The position numbers were made by a program, and so were the translations under genes. Below the pieces are notes generated by a model that was given only the letters and a program-made list of their open reading frames with translations, made no database searches and had not been told where the DNA came from. A stretch of 64,000 nucleotides of DNA from Lama glama. Its lineage: Eukaryota. Every line of letters starts with the position of its first letter. Positions within the stretch are counted from its first letter, which is position 1. Positions 1 to 12,571 of the stretch are shown piece by piece. The stretch covers positions 55,492,001-55,556,000 of the forward strand of contig CM052816.1 of NCBI GenBank assembly GCA_028534125.1, read 5' to 3'.

Positions 1-445
1 TTCTGTAGATGACATTTAGTGAAAAAAAATTCTGTCATTGTTCCAGGCATTTAGTTATTTTTTTTCTAAAGGAGTGAGAGCTGTTAAGGTGTCTTAATGT
101 ATTTTGTTTTATATCCTGATACATAAAAATTTTATGGTAAGAAATAATATCTTTTTTGTGTAATTAAAATATATCAGTCTTCAGTGGGACTGGTATAAAA
201 TTCCCCTTGTTTAAACCTTGACTTTATGGTTAGGAATGAAAATGGTTTGTTGATGGAGGCAATAGAGGTAAGAAGCACCTTTTAAAATAAATTGAGACAC
301 AGCAGAAGAGGTATGTGGTAAAGTGATTTTAGTATTCCACATAAAAATAACTTTAGAGTATAAGTCTATTTTTTAAACAATAAATGATACTTTTTCTTGT
401 GTCTCAATTTTTTTTTCTGCTTTTTAAAAATTCTCCTGATGTTAG

Positions 446-599
446 TTATCTGGAGCTTTGGAAAATGCAAAAGCTGAGATCCAAAGGATGCAGCATGAAA
501 AAGAGCACTTTGAAGATTCCATGAAGAAAGCTTTCATGAGGGGTGTGTGTGCGTTAAATCTTGAAGCCATGACTATATTTCAAAACAGAGGTGATGCAG
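446..599 (+). CDS. POC5: POC5 internal exon (154 nt)
   Basis: gttag|TTA...GCAG|gttagt; encodes [51 protein letters not shown](G). Confidence 0.95.
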
Positions 600-3500
600 G
601 TTAGTATTTTAAGATTCTCTGCCTACTTTCAGAAAAAATTAGAGGAGATTTCAGTAATTTGTATGGTCTACAGTACTAATTTTCTGCAAAACCTATGTCT
701 TATTCCAGACACTGGTATTTTTAATATCATGGTGTCATGTCCAATTTTGAATCTGCCATGAAATTCTCTCAGTTGTGGTTACTTACAGTATCTTTGATCT
801 GATGGAGTAAACTGTTGACTCTTAAGTATTTAAGCTCAATGTTAGAATAATGCTATGAATGTGTCACATTATTTTAATGCTCTATTAACTGTAATGGTAA
901 CGCCTTTAAGGGTAGGATCTCTTTCTGTTCTTTTCTGATAGCCAAATTCCTTGGACTGTTTTGTTGATTGAATATTTCTTGTCTAGTCATGGTTTCCCAT
1001 TTTTTAAAATTGCTTGTCTTCCAGTGTAAGGGGCCTCAACTAATACTCATTTTCAACAGATATAAATATAGTCCTATCTATAGAAGTCGAGTAAAATAAT
1101 TTTATTTTAAGAAAAGTCGATACATTGCTGGGATCTGAGTGGTTTTTGTCATCAGCCTGGCTTAGAACAGCAATTTACAGTGGGGCCTGTTTTTCTCACT
1201 GGGTTTTTAGTTTTCTTCTCTGAACAAAGAAGATAATATAAATCTTCCTTACCTGCGTCATAGAGGGTTCTTGTGGGAATGCACTGATACGTAGTCAAAA
1301 GCACTTTAAAAGGCAAAAAATACTTTTAACTTGTAAAATGACAGTCATGAGACAGTTGTTGCAGTCTTACATCAGCCTCTTAAGTTACATGTATGTACAT
1401 GAACATGTTTGCCATATTTCCTCATATTAAATCCTGTTTGAGACTCACAGTTTATCAAGGAAACAGTTTCATTTTGTAACATCATTAACATGATTTCAGT
1501 TCCATGAATAACCTCTTTGTGCTTGTTATGTCCTCATTTTAAAGCATTTATTATTTAAATTGTGTGCATGGTGGATGGTAGTGAGTTAAGGCAAATCGTT
1601 TTCTCCCTGAAGCAGTCATGGCACGTGGCCCACAGTCAAGTTAGAAACTTAGAATCATGGAATCTCCAGGTGGAATGGTTTATCCTGCTAATACCCAAAT
1701 GAGTACTTAATTTCTCCAATAAATGGCCTTTTAATTGAGTATTAATGCTGAAAACAAACTCACCATCTTCAGTGATTGAATCGTCTGCTTTTGGTTGTAA
1801 TTATTAGCAAGTTGTATAGATTAAATTGAAGAATTTAATTATCTGCTTGTAGCAGATACTGGGTCTCACAAGTAAAATGAGAAAATATAATCATTAGAAC
1901 TTGCTACATTCAATTGCAAGAAATCTATTTCTCATAACCTTCTTAAGAAGATATTGAGGAGGAGGGGATAGCTCAAGTGATAGAGCACATGCTTAGCATG
2001 CATGAGGTCCTGAGTTCAATCCCCAGTACCTCCTCTAAAAATAAATAAATCTAATTACCTCCTCCCTCAAATTGTTTTAAAATTAAAAAAGATTATGAAT
2101 TGACTTAGGTCAGTGTTTTCATAAATTTACCATCTTAATAAATTTACCATCTTAAATTTTAAATTCAAATACAGGTGTGTCGCCTACAGGCAAATATCCG
2201 TAACAGGATTTGGAGAAAATGTATCTGATGATCACACAACATGACTTATTTTGCTCCTCTTGCTTTTAAGTCTACTGTCATCTGCAGCTAATGCCAGGTT
2301 CTGGGATCCCAACTGTTTTGAGTGGTCTTGTAAGATAAAGATGACAAAAATAGTAAGACACACATTAGCAAGACACACTAGTGTCAGTGGAGCTACTGAA
2401 GGTAAAAGGTCAATGTAATCTAATGCTGGATTTGCTCTGTGATCTTTAGGTTTTGTGCCATTTTTAATAACAGCTATTAAACAATTTTTTTAATTCTCAT
2501 AAGAAAAAAGTTACTCTGGTCCCCTTAAAACAATTGTTTTTATAATGCAGTTTTTAATAGTGCAATGGCTTCTAATGTACTTTCTTGTTAGAGCAAAATA
2601 AATATTTGATTTTTTTTATCTCTCATGATTCTCTGCTAGCCATAATCTGCTGTACATCTCATGTTGTACAATATCCTAATAAATCTTATAGTTTTGCCTA
2701 TGAAGAAGACAAAATGTGACAATACAAATGGCCTTTTTTAAAATAAACTCTAAAATTTATTTAGACTTGTTTTGTGATTCAGAATATAAGCAGTCTTGAT
2801 AAATGTTGTGTGAACATGATAGGTGTATATATACTGTTGTTACAGGGTAGCATATGCTGTAACTGTCAGGTCACATCATTCCAGTCTTCTGTATCCTTGG
2901 TTTTCTTTCTACTTGTTCCATCCGTTGTAGGGAGAGGGGTTTTGAAGTCTCTGGCAATAATTATGGATTTGTCTATTTCTCCTTAAAATTTTATTACTTT
3001 TTGCTTCATGTTTTATTTTTTTAACACCTTTATTGTGGTATGATTCCTGTACAGAAAACTACATGTATTTCAGATGTACAATGTGATGAATTTTGACAGA
3101 TGTATACACCCACGAAACCACCACCACAATCAAGATGGCTAACATTTCCATCACTCCCAAGGGTGCAGTTTTCAGATTTCCAATTTATCTCTTCCAACCC
3201 ACTTTAACCCCTGGTTGTTCTCTGTGTCTGTGTGTCTGTTTCTGTTTTGTAGATAAGTTCATTTGTGTCCCTTTTTTTAGATTCCACATGTAAGTGATAT
3301 CATATGGCATTTTTCTTTCTCTTTCTGGCTTACTTAGAATGACAATCTCCAGGTCCATCCATGTTGCTACAAATGGCATTATTTTATTCCTTTTTGTGGC
3401 TGAGTAGTATTCCATTGTGTATGTGTGAGTGTGTGTGTGTGTGTATACTCTGGAACATCTCAGTGACTGAATTTTGAAACTGTCACCCTGGTGTTTGGTA

Positions 3501-6500
3501 CCATGTAGGTACTGTCTTTAGTTGAAATTTTAACCAAATTCTAATACTGGGAAGGAGAAATCTAGAATAGGACCCTTCCTCCTAACTTCTGGAAGCTGAC
3601 ATTATTTATTCCTTTGATCTAAGGCTAAGGTTGTTTTGAGAGAAGGTTATTATATGTGTGTCACTAGAATCAGTTAAATGTGCAAATATGCTCTTAATTC
3701 ATGACATATTATCTACCAGCAAGAATCTATTTCTTTTACAATGTCAAAAGTAAAGATTTTAGTGTTACTTACTGATTTATTATTGTTTGCTGAAAAAAAT
3801 CAAGAATTAAAAATACATTGTTGTTAGGATAGGAATAGTAGATGGTAAATGATGGTTCAGTGGTATCAGAAAATTATTCTAAAGATCTAAATACCAGGCT
3901 ATTTACCAGAGTAGTTGAATGAAATAATGCAAAAGAACATTAATCCTTAGGCTTAGTGTGACCAGCTGAGTACGGTAATTTATGTTTTTATCTTTTATAT
4001 AAAAGCGAATCATTCATTAACTTTCACACGGTGAAGGAAGTGGTCTAAAGTCTTTAGTGGTTAATACTGACAAAGTGTATTAACCTTGTGTCCATTATGT
4101 GACACATTTCTACATTCTTGTTAGGATCAAATTTTAGCTGTTAACATATTTTCATTGTTGGGGAGATAAAAGAATCTTAACTTGGAAGACTCTTAATGGA
4201 ATTAATTTGTGATTTATAGGGATAGACTTCACAAATAATAAAAGAGAAGAGCATGGTCCTGGTGTTCAAGGAAAAGAACCTCCTTCTCATTTGGATCCTT
4301 CCGCTCCTCCGATGGCCTCAGCGGCTGCCCTGCCTCCATCCCCACCGGCAGCCACCGGCGCCGCTGCTTTGGTCACTTCTGCCGGGGCTGCCCCCGCTTC
4401 CTCTGTTCACCTTCCCGTTTCTGCTGCTCACGGTGCTGGAGCCACAGCCACAGCCGCCCCGGAAGACGTGGTTAGTACAGTGAATGCAGGGGCCCGTGCT
4501 GGGAAGAGGGCTCCGAACTTGTTTGCATGTTGGATATTTTGAACTCAGAACATACTTTCCCGTGGAGAAAAAAGCCCATAGGGTGTTTAGGCCAAGCCAC
4601 AGAAAACATTAGTTTGTAATGTAAATAATACCTGAAAGTTCTATTACAGTAGTGATAATTCAACAAAAATAGCTTTTCATTTTATGTTTTTCAAAAACTT
4701 GTCAGGAAAAATAGATTTAATTTGATAAAGTTTGTTTTTAAACTTTGAGTATTCAAGGGCTCTGAAGGTTAATGGCTCTTTTTTATATTTCCTATTCAAC
4801 TACAGCGTCCCTTTTCCTGGATGCAGACATACCATTAACACTTGTCTGTAGTGACTCCATCTTGATTTGATTAGGTTTTAAGTTTTCATTTATCACTGGA
4901 ATGAAGATAGGAATTGTCTTTCCTACGGTCGCTAGCTGCTGTTAGAAGAGTGCGTAGAGTGGGGACGGGTACTGGATGGCGATGGAGTATCTGTGGGAGG
5001 ATTCACCTGAAATGGGATTAACCAAGCTGTTAATATGCATAAAGTTACAGGCGAAGCCTGTGGTGATTCTGAGTTGTCCTGCGGTTAAGCCTGTGTTCCT
5101 CAGACAGTGTCTGGCAGAGGGCTACAAGCCGCACTTCCCAGACTTAACCTCTGCAGGGTTTTTTTAAAACCCTGTACCCTTCCCGACTCCGGCTTGGATC
5201 TGGCACAGAGGCACGAACAGTTAGCTCTGAAAAGGTCCTGGTATGATTCTGCTTTGCTTGTCTCCCTCTCCTCCCCCACCCTCACCACTTACATGAGAGG
5301 AAGGAAGCTGGCAGAGTAGGCGTTAGATCTTAGGTTACCTGGCAGGCCGTTAGTACCGTAGCACCAGGCGGCTCTCTAGCTAAGGGAGGTGTTGAGTCAG
5401 CCAGACAGTTGGTCGTCTGTAGGATTCAGGCTGACCTGAACTTCTGCCTTTTGGAAGCTACTCACTTTGGGGAAAAATATATTGAGATCTGATTTTTTTT
5501 GCTGATCTCAACATATTTTTGCTCTTGATTCAAAAAGGTTAAAAACAACTGTTAAGAGCAATTTCGATGTGTAGGAGAGTTTTGATTTAGAATTAAGGCA
5601 CTAAAATTCAACCCTGACATATTGTTCAGCTGTGTTTATTTTTCAGGATTACACATTTTGAAGTGTGATCCTGTACCAGTGATCTCATTTAAATAAACAT
5701 AGTGAGTTTGTCATTCATGTTGCCTGTCCAGATAACATGCAGAACTAGATTTTTCAAAGTTTTCTTAAAATACGACTACTCCGGGTGTACATCTGTGTTT
5801 CTGTGTAACTCTGAATGTGCATAGGGAGAACCGAATGAATGAGTAAGTTTAGCACCTTTTTTGTTTTGAAACAATTTGATCACCTGAGATAATTCTGAAG
5901 TCTTTGAAACCTGAAAAACACAATATTGTGTAGACAGCCCTTCTTCTCCACCCCACCCCCACCCCCAGCAACTACATCTGGTCCTTCAAGAAATAGATAC
6001 ACAATTTCATTCACATAAGTACAGCCTTTAGGGTTAGGGAGAAAAGAGAATCACAGCTCAGTCTGTAAGTGACATGCTGGTTTTCTTCCTTCCTTATTTA
6101 ATTAAAATACTCAAGATTCACCTCAAACATGTCTTCTCATTTTTAAAAAGAACTATAATGACAAAAGCAGGAACAGATACATTAATGAGGTAACTTTCCT
6201 TACATGAAACCATCATTGCTGGGTACAAGAAAAGAAGAGAGGTTTGTGAACCAGGCCTGGTTGTCTTTCCCTTCATTTGAATCACAGAGACATCCTGTGA
6301 ACAAGGAAATCTTTTCCTGTCTTCCTCGGTATTTCCAGTAGCTAAAAGGAGAACTGTGTAGAAAAGTAAACTACAGAGCTTGGGAAACAAATAACTGGAG
6401 AAGGGAGGATTACCATTCTAGAGAAAGAATGTCTTCCTCTGTAAAATCCATTCCTTTCTGCAGACATCCTTAGCATGTTAAAGAAAAATATGAGACTCTC

Positions 6501-9500
6501 ATGGTGGAAAATGCTTCTCAAAAAATGTACTAAGCAAATGTACTATTGTAATTGACATCATTGAACAGTAGATGGCACTTAACTTTTTCTAACTCCAGCT
6601 GAAATAATTGAGAGGTTTAAACTGGATTTTTAAGCTATTTAGTAAAGTTTCTCTTCTAAAGTTCCTCTTCATCTGAATGGAACTTGAAAGGCTGTCATTA
6701 GTCAGTTACTGAGGTTGAGGCTTAGAGGGTAACTTGCCCATGGACACAATTACTAACACAACTGGAATTCAGACTTTGACAATCTGGCTTCAGAGCCCTA
6801 TACTGTCAACCAGTGATATGCACTGTTTCCATGCCAAACGTTAAGATATAAATACTGGGTTCTTAAAATATGTCTTTTCCTTTTTTTCTTACTCCTTTTG
6901 ATTTTTGCCCAGCTAATATACTTAGTGAAAAAAAAAATGAGTACGTGCATGCATTACTCCTGACCTAAATGTAATCTTTATGGAGTATTGTCCAGCAGTA
7001 AACAACAAAAGCTGTAAAAGCTGACAGTACCTTTTGATATGATAATCCCTTTTTTGCAATACATTCTACAAATAATTCTCAAGAGAAAAGGAAAATCCTT
7101 TGTTTACAAAAATTTGCTACATATAAGGAAAAGAACTGGGACAGTTAGATGAACTATAGTTTTTGGTTTAAAAACCTCTCATTAAAAATTATAGCCAGTC
7201 TCTATTCATGAAAGAAGTATACTGACATTGCAGTAAGAAAAAAAGGAAGACACAAAAGTATATGCGTAATGATAGTCTATGTAGAAGGGTCAAAAGAGTT
7301 CATAAAACACTAATAGTTGCTAAGAATTAGGGTGGTTCGGGAAGGGAGGAGGGTATGACTCTAAAGGGTAGCACGAGGGAGATGTTTGTGGTGGTTTCTG
7401 TATCTCAGTTGCAGTGACAGTTACAGGAATCTACACATGTGATAAAGTGGCAAAGATCTATCTCCGGGCATCATTCCAGTATCAGCTTCCTGGTCCTGAT
7501 ACTGTAATTATACTGTAACTATGGAAGATGTAATCACTTTGGGAAATTGGATGAAGGATACACAAGACATCTCTATGCTATCTTTGTAACTCCCTATGAA
7601 TCTATAATTATTTCAGAATAAAAAAGTTTTTCTTAAAGTTCCTAAAATCCTATAAAAATAGTTGGTATACCAAGGTTAAAGGGGTGTTTGGGGATGTTTG
7701 GTGTTATGTTTTGCTTTTTGTCTTACTGTTTAAACATTTTTTTCCATGTTAGAGTTGACTGAATATAAAATTATTTTAAGTGCCCGTGTACTTTCTTTAT
7801 AAGTTATAGAACCAAAAGTACCATAACTTTTGCCATGGATTTTCTACCAACTGGGTATTTGTTTGTTTTTCAGTTTGTGCCAAGGGTTGTGACATCGGCA
7901 CAACAGAAAGCAGGAAGAACAATCACAGCCCGGATCACAGGGAGATGTGATTTTGCTTCAAAAAACAGAATCAGTAGCAGTTTAGCTATAATGGGAGTTT
8001 CTCCTCCCATGAGCTCTGTTGTTGTGGAAAAACATCATCCGGTCACAGTGGTGAGTCTGCATATGATGTCTTTCTGTCAGAAAACCTCTTTCCTGAGAGC
8101 TGATAGACTTATAAACACTGAAATGGCATGTTGAAGAGAAGAGCAAGACTCATGATGACTGGTACTTGTTCTGCCTTCACTATTGCAATCTTTCTGTACT
8201 GACGGTTACCACATCTGCTCTAAATCTACCTTTCTTCTTTTAGGAAATTAATTTCAGAACATTGTTTCTTCTCAACAATATAAAAATTATCAGATACAAA
8301 AAGTAATCCAGTGTGTTGATGGCCAAAAGGGTAAAATACCTAAATGACTTCTCATTGATTTAAAAAGAGACGAAAACTGTTTATTCATTATGTAGCAGAT
8401 TTTTTATTATAAGAAATACCTACTTTTATAATTTTTAATTTTTGCTCCTTTTTTTGAAGTCTTCTTCCTGTTTTTTCAATACTAATTGTCAGCGTATTCC
8501 TAATTTGGAAAAAATTCAATTTGCAGTAAATTCATGTGATATAAAAGAAAGTATATGGAATTTAAGCCAAAATAAACAGGAAAACATGAATTAGTGTCTC
8601 AATTTTGCTATTTATTGCCTTTGGATCATATACAATTCAAGTAAAATATTTGAGCCTCCATTTTTGGGTGTGATAAGAGCACTTAGCTCCTAGAGTTACT
8701 GCCAGGATTCAGGATTAAATGAGATAACATGAAAACTGAATGAGATGTATAAAGGCACTTTGTAAATTGTAAAGCCATAAGCAAATTTAACTTAATAGAA
8801 ATTACTAGAGAAGGGTACATGGGACATCCCTGTGCTATTTCTTACAACTCTATATGAATTAACTGTCTCAAGAAGTTTAGTATTTAAAAGTTATACGAAC
8901 GTATCCCTAAAGAGAAATAAGGATTGATTTTTTGAAATGTATTTATATTGAAGTATAGCTGATTTACAGTGTTGTGTTAATTTCTGGTGTACAGCATAGT
9001 GATTCAGTTATATATATTCTTTTTGATTCTTTTTCGTTACAGGTTATTGCAAGTTACTGAATATATTTCCCTGTGCTATACATTAAAGGACTGATTTTAA
9101 AAGAGAATGCCCTTGTAATAACCTTTAATGAAAAAGAATATGAAAACAAATATATGTGTGTGTGTATACACACACACATGACTGGGACATTATGATGTAC
9201 ACCAGAAACTGACACATTGTAACTGACTATATACTTCAATACAAAAAAAAAGAGAGAGAAAGAGAGTGTCCTCTATACAGATTCTCAATGTTAAACAACA
9301 TTCCTGCCTACTTAGTATGTCAAAAAAAACATAAGGAATGATTTTAAATCCCTTTTCTTTCTGAATACTAGATTGTTGCTAGATGATTAAGACAAAGAAG
9401 CTGGATTGACTGCTTAAATTTAGCCTCAGGTAAAAGTATGACCACAGTGAAGTCCAGTCCAGATGGAAGACCTGGAGGGTGGAGGATTATCTTAGCCTTC

Positions 9501-10734
9501 ATAGGTTGGACAGACTCTGAAAGTCCTTAGATGACTTATCTGTCTATTTTTGAAAATGTGAGATTAGTTATCAATAATGGAGAAAAAATGAACTCATTTC
9601 TATTTTTCTCAGCATATATGATGTTTATAAAGAGATGGGAGAGAGACTATCTGTAAGACGAAGAAGCTATAAAGAGCACGTGTTTATTTTTAATTCAGAA
9701 AACCTTTGTTTTGTACTATTGATAGGAATATTTATAGAAGAAAATCAAGGAATTAAAGACTTATCACCCCTTTTTCTGATATTTATCTCCCAAACTGCCC
9801 TTTGCTTATCTCGTATGCTGAGTGACTCTCCAGCAATTGGCCATGAATTCAATATCCATTAACTGCTTCCATTACTACTTACTTTGGACTGTGTAACAGA
9901 CACAGTGGCAGTGCTTTGTACTATTTTTCATTTTATCCTGGGAATCTAAGATCTGGAACTACCAGAAACAGTTATTATAAATGAACCATTAATCAGATTT
10001 CTGACACTTGAGCTCCATCTGCTGGATAATTGCTTTCTCCTAGTGCTGCTTCATTCTATGCTGTATTTTGTACATCACGATGCCAGTGGTACCATGAATC
10101 TGTTTCTGCAGCCCTCCTGCCCATAATCATCCTGAAGGAGAAATAGCTCTTTTGACAGGATCAGATTAGGTGGTTAGCAACTAAAATTTCATACAGTTGC
10201 AAGAATCTCCCATTTGTAATGATTATCCAGTTATTTATGTACAAAGAAACATTTATATAAAATACTTTTATATAAAGAAAGGAGGTTATTTTTCCATTTC
10301 TGCAAAGAGGAACTCTTAGTCTTAAAGTGGAATCTGACAGGAGGTGTTCAAGAGGTTTCATTAATTTTTTTAAGCAAAAGCTGTATCATAGAGCTTTTGT
10401 AATACATAGTGAATGTTTTGATATGTATATAATTTTACTTCAAGTATTTTAAAGATAAGTGGAAGACTCTAATAGGAGTCTACATGTACTAGTGTTTATT
10501 GGGTTATAGATAATGAAATAATAGTTAATGAAATGATATTTAATATGTGTAATTTTATGAAGTTATTAAAGCATATTTTTGCCTTTTCAGCAAACCATCC
10601 CTCAAGCTGCTGCAGCAAAATACCCCCGGACCATTCATCCTGAAAGTAGTACTTCAGTTTCCAGATCTCTCGGAACCAGATCAACTCACAGCCAGTCTCT
10701 CACAAGCATTCATTCCATAAAAGTGGTTGACTAA
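446..10734 (+). CDS. POC5: POC5 centriolar protein, 3' part: join(446..599,4220..4470,7874..8050,10591..10734); upstream exons lie outside the window
   Basis: Four GT-AG-bounded exons splice in one frame (phases 0/1/0/0) to [42 protein letters not shown]...[27 protein letters not shown]...HSIKVVD*. This is the mammalian POC5 C-terminus as I recall it. The tail-to-tail arrangement with ANKDD1B matches known synteny. Confidence 0.96.
1957..2090 (+). mobile_element. tRNA-Ala-derived SINE (Vic-1-like, camelid)
   Basis: GGGGATAGCTCAAGTGATAGAGCACATGCTTAGCATGCATGAGGTCCTGAGTTCAATCCCCAGTACCTCC followed by an A-rich tail; homologous to the copy at 21972. Confidence 0.85.
2770..3445 (-). mobile_element. 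Cluster of LINE-1 fragments (two old fragments plus a younger ORF2 C-terminus/3'UTR), ending in (TG)n
   Basis: ORF 3185-3415(-) [28 protein letters not shown] is the L1 ORF2 C-terminus; 3020-3160 is a typical old L1 3' end. Confidence 0.85.
4220..4470 (+). CDS. POC5: POC5 internal exon (251 nt), Ala/Pro/Ser-rich low-complexity region
   Basis: ttatag|GGATAGAC...GACGTG|gttagt; encodes (G)[36 protein letters not shown]...AAPEDV; its phase matches the previous exon. Confidence 0.93.
7200..7630 (+). mobile_element. Old LINE-1 3' end (L1MC/ME-like)
   Basis: Typical tail ...ctctatgctatctttgtaactccctatgaatctataattatttcagaataaaaaa. Confidence 0.7.
7874..8050 (+). CDS. POC5: POC5 penultimate exon (177 nt)
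   Basis: tttttcag|TTT...GTG|gtgagt; encodes [59 protein letters not shown]. Confidence 0.96.
8932..9085 (-). mobile_element. 5'-truncated LINE-1 3' tail
   Basis: Reverse complement of an artiodactyl-type L1 tail, homologous to 38490-38680; TSD aaggattgatttt (8919-8931) / aaggactgatttt (9086-9098). Confidence 0.8.
9114..9258 (+). mobile_element. 5'-truncated LINE-1 3' tail
   Basis: Homologous to 38520-38680; poly(A); TSD aaagagaatgccct (9100-9113) / aaagagagtgtcct (9259-9272). Confidence 0.8.
10591..10734 (+). CDS. POC5: POC5 terminal coding exon, stop TAA at 10732-10734
   Basis: ccttttcag|CAA; encodes [47 protein letters not shown]. Confidence 0.96.
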   Translation, partial: QTIPQAAAAKYPRTIHPESSTSVSRSLGTRSTHSQSLTSIHSIKVVD

Positions 10735-10956
10735 AATGAGTATGTTCACATTGAGGTCTTTTAATTCTTCTGGTTTTACCAAGGATTAGAAGCCTTTAGT
10801 TTTTTAAATTCCATATTCTTAGAACATCATACATTCATCATGTTCATTTTTTCAAAATTAGAAGAGACTTTTTCAAGCTATACCATCCTTTGTAACTATA
10901 TGTAGGAATATTTTAATGTTTTTTTTTATTTAAGCAATTAAGTAAAACTTTTTTAA

Positions 10957-10962
10957 ATTAAA
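10957..10962 (+). terminator. Candidate POC5 polyadenylation signal (ATTAAA)
   Basis: ATTAAA about 220 nt after the stop, followed by a T-rich tract. AGTAAA lies at 10941 and more ATTAAA copies lie downstream, so the site actually used is uncertain. Confidence 0.4.
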
Positions 10963-11959
10963 AAAGAAACTGGACTTTCTTTTAATAGGTTCAGCCTGTC
11001 ACTGATTATATCGTCAAAGTGTATAAATCCTGTTTTTGCAACGTTATTTCTAAAAGGCCAAATCATTTCCAATGTTATCAGGTGAGCTTTGAGAACTTTA
11101 CTAAAAAAATAATTAAAACTATAATAGAAACTAAGGTATTTTTATTTAAAAATTAAAAAGATAAAGACCAGTAATAATAATAACATTTTATCACAAAGTT
11201 TTTTGTGACTTTAGTACATCAGTCCACATTTTTCTAGGACTCTAACAATTAAAAATAGGGGCAAATGGCAATACCTATGAATAGTTTTTAATGTTAAAAG
11301 GGAGAAAAATTACTAGTACAAAAACAGTAACAGAAACATCAAAAAGAAATTTTCTGTTAGAATGACAGTTACTGATGTTCTTTCTTACCTTTTTGAAATT
11401 CCACACCGTTGAACCCTTTTTTGCTGTGAACATCCAGACATCATCCTGTGGTGGTACATCCCCGGGCAATTCAGGACTTTGCAATGGCTGGCAATAGGAA
11501 GAAACCATCTGGGCAAAACTGTTTTAGGAGAGTAAGACTGGGCCTCTAATGGTTTTATTGCTGGCTGACTGGGTTATCTTGGGCCAGACAGTTTAATCTC
11601 GGGATCCTCATCTGTGAAATAATGCAATCTGCCTACCTCACCTACTTTACAGGGCACTTATGGCTTACCTAAAGACAAGTGGATGCTGAAAAACTTGTGT
11701 ACAGCCTCAGTTTCCGTATCTTTAACAGAAGTGGATGGACTTAATAATCTGAAGCCTCTTTCAATCTGAATATGATCTAGCTCTGTGCTCTAATTTTACT
11801 ACTGGAAGTAGTTTTTCTTATTAACTCATGTTGTAACAGGACATGAGAGAATAAATGTGAGACAGATAAATATCCCATTTTCTAAAGGACACACCAAGGC
11901 TTTTTTGAACTATAAAAGTATCTGGCTATGTGTTAGAGAGTATTAGATCCTTCTTATGC

Positions 11960-12425
11960 AACACTTGTTCTGGGTTCTGGCCAGCCACTGCTGCAGCAGA
12001 CAGCTCCTCCTGGGTCTCAGTAAGCACAAACCGACAGCACCTCGTCTCCTGCTGCACTTACCAGGGGCGTGCTCCTGCCCAGGGCTTCCCTGTGCACTCA
12101 GAGACACTGGCACTTTCCACCTGGAGCCAACTCACACGCAGCCCGGAATTAACACGCCATTGGTGTAAACAGATAGTTCTTCCTTTCTCCCCCTTGTATG
12201 AGTTGTTCTGAGAGGCACTGGTCCATCCCTGAGGTCAAATAATCAGTTGTGCTTGATACCAAGTGTTGACCAATTTAATAAGTCACCCTGGTCTTGGCTC
12301 TTGCTCCTCCCACCCCACTCCCCTTTTCCTTCACTCCTGCTTCCTTGGATTTGCACTCCTGAAAAAAAGCATTTGCTCATTAACTTTGGCCTCGGGCTCT
12401 GCTTTTTGAGGAACCAACATAACAA
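11960..12425 (+). mobile_element. Old ERVL-class solo LTR (LTR16/LTR33-like)
   Basis: Characteristic 3' end ...ggcctcgggctctgctttttgaggaacc; boundaries approximate. Confidence 0.5.
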
Positions 12426-12571
12426 CTAGGAATGGCAGCCACGCCATAACCACATGAATAAAGCGAGTGTTGTGGACACTGATTAAGAAGATTGTTAAGT
12501 ATCTTTTTAAGCTTTATCTCAACTCTAGAAATTGTATACTGGCTAACACACCAAGTAATTAGTGCTAGCCT

